DNA from: Octopus sinensis
Taxonomy: Eukaryota
Direction of reading: 5' to 3'
Assembly: GCF_006345805.1 (NCBI RefSeq)
Contig: NC_043002.1
Location: forward strand, 92,628,001 to 92,692,000
Length of the DNA: 64,000 nt
The notes under the pieces: model-generated
Told to the model about the DNA's origin: nothing
The model's input: the letters and a program-made list of their open reading frames with translations, nothing else
Database searches by the model: none
Made by a program: the position numbers and the translations under genes
Shown here: piece after piece, positions 61,788-64,000 of the stretch
Layout of the letters: each line of letters opens with the position of its first letter
How positions within the stretch are numbered: the stretch's first letter is position 1

Positions 61788-62501
61788 TACATGTGTAAAA
61801 ACATATTGGTACTGTGTGCCTCCGCCTACACCAACACACATGAGGTATAGGGCCTATAAGAAAGATGGCTCATTTAGAACACCGGTCGTGGGTTTTGGGA
61901 CAGCCAAGGAGAAGCATATGAGTATGTTACAGAATCCCCTCTACAGAGAAAAGAAAAATAATTCACAACCGCTTTGAATTTTGTCAGGACCCTAGCAGAG
62001 TGTATAAGGGTTCAGTTACACCCTCTACAGCGACAATTTGGGACATCCTTATTGGGTGACTCTGAAATTTGCTCGATAGAGGGCTGCCTTAAAATTAGAC
62101 AACAATGATGAGCTCATGGTGGAAGAACCTCGATCCAATAGCTTGATCTGCTAACAGAAGCAGCCATATCTTCCTCAAATCACATCTCACTAAAGCATGA
62201 ATCTAGTTGCTAGGCCTGTTACAAATAGTAATCAAATTTTTCTTAAACCTCACCTCACTACCTTTAAAAGACAATCGGATATTATATCACATCACAACAT
62301 ACCACCCACAGCACGACCCCGGCGGAATTTGTACTCGGGACGTAGCGACGGACGAAATACCGCTAAACACTTTGCCCGGTGTGCTAACGATTCAGCCAGC
62401 TCGCCGCCATAATCTTTTCTATTATAGGTAGAATGCTTGAAATTTGGTGGGATCGGGAAAGTCGATGACATGAACCCAAGTACTTGACTGGTACTTAATT
62501 T

Positions 62502-62898
62502 GGATCTTTTCGGTTTGAACGGCAGTTTTTAGCATAATTTCTAGGTAACTAAAAAATTTTAAACTTCGTATACTGGTAGAATGTGTTTATAAAACATCTT
62601 TTTCTCTTGGCTTTATTGAGAAAATTGTATTGTTTGTTTCTTCAATTTCTGCAATTTCAACCAATCACTGATGTCTATTGAGGTAAAAAAAAAAACATTC
62701 TGTGCCGTATGAATATGTCCCTCGTTTAAGAAACAGATTGGGTTTATTTACATTTGTGAAGAAAAAAAGATACCCTTCCCTTAACCCTAACCCTAAAACA
62801 GATTGAAATGCAATAGATCGATTCTAGGGTCATAATTATGGGTGGCAATTTCATATGACACCGCTAGAAAAAAACTACCGTTCAAACCGAAAAGATCC
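62502..62898. mobile_element. GGATC-TIR MITE inserted in a minus-strand type C SINE (about 62415-63030)
   Basis: TSD CTTAATTT at 62494-62501 and 62899-62906. Confidence 0.95.
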
Positions 62899-63585
62899 CT
62901 TAATTTATCAACCCCGAAAGGATGAAAGCCTAAGTCGACTCCGGCGGAATTTGAATTCAGAACGTAGCGATGTGTGAAATATCGCTAAGCATTTCGTCCA
63001 GTGAGCTAACGATTCTGCCAGCGCGTTGCCTTTGTAATAAATAATAATAATAACAACAACACAGTCTTACAAAGGTTAGTTGGCGATTATATATGTGCAT
63101 CGTGTTTACATTCATCGCTCCTCTCAAACATAAATCCAATTATTGTTTGTGACTCCACATACAATTATTTCACAATATATACGAGAGTGGGAGTGAAGAA
63201 ACGAGCGAGCGAGCGAGTACCAATGATGGTGGAGTGGAAGAAGGTGACGTATGAAATATTAGATGCTGTCGTTAACAGTAATCCTATGCCATAGAATAAT
63301 CTTAGTGGTTATAATCCAGAGAGACAAGTGACGAACGAATGGGAGAAAGAGAGAGAGAGGGGGGGAGGACATTAGTCACGAAGGGGTTGTAGGCGTTGCT
63401 GATGTGTGTGTGTCTGTAACGAGAGAATGTGAGGGGTGAAAATATACGGACACAGGGGTGTAAGCGTGTGTGCCGACGCTTATATACACATACACACGTA
63501 TACTTTGTGTGTGTGTTTCGCTCAGGCAAAGCGACATCGATGCCAGAGACAGCTAATGAACTTTTATTACACAATTTCCTCTTGT

Positions 63586-63637
<52 letters not shown>

Positions 63638-63683
63638 GACGGAGAAGGAATAAGTGAAAGACTAGGACAAATGAGCAGAGAAG

Positions 63684-63843
63684 AAAGTTGTAGGTGTATG
63701 TGAATATACATACATATAAATAATTATACACACACACAAACACACTGTGGTTGAAGTTGAAAGTTGTAGGTGTATGTGAATATACATACATATAAATAAT
63801 TATACACACACACACATACAAACACACAGTGTGGTTGAAGTTG
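63684..63843. repeat. ~75-bp tandem duplication
   Basis: GAAAGTTGTAGGTGTATGTGAATATACATACATATAAATAATTATACACAC..GTGGTTGAAGTTGA twice. Confidence 0.9.
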
Positions 63844-64000
63844 ACATATAGACATAATAGGGTGTAGGCGTTTATATAGAAACGTCATTTTTTTTCTTCT
63901 TCATATCATCGGAATTCATATATATATATATATATCTTCACATGTTATCATCGGGAACATATGACGTGCATTTTTGCATATAAATATGTCTGTGTGTCAG

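Overview
AT-rich, microsatellite-saturated eukaryotic DNA. The SINE set and the (TA)n/(CA)n/(AAT)n/(TACA)n load point to an octopus or other coleoid cephalopod; this is recognition from memory, not a database result. I cannot support any host protein-coding exon, and nearly all ORFs in the track are read-throughs of microsatellites or SINEs, so the window is intronic or intergenic. It is dominated by mobile DNA. (1) At least four tRNA-derived SINE types with interchangeable head, core and tail modules, some as head-to-tail multimers. (2) A 5'-truncated Penelope-like element (RT plus GIY-YIG) and many Penelope-type termini abutting (TA)n, several with minimal hammerhead-ribozyme cores. (3) R4/Dong-type LINE RT and restriction-like endonuclease remnants, and a non-coding element tied to (AAT)n. 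(4) Two CR1/L2-group LINE 3' ends. (5) Mariner derivatives, a Merlin/IS1595-like transposase relic, and five copies of a GGATC-ended MITE (three with clean 8-bp TSDs) carrying telomere-like TTAGGG repeats. The top hunt result is a near-canonical type I hammerhead ribozyme (52338-52390) inside a 239-bp unit with a 47-bp terminal direct repeat between (TA)n tracts, the layout expected of a circular-RNA retrozyme. Candidate regulatory islands (CRE cluster, exact Sox-POU composite, ETS-CRE composite) lie in 47-59 kb. There is one 100-N assembly gap. Many element boundaries are approximate.
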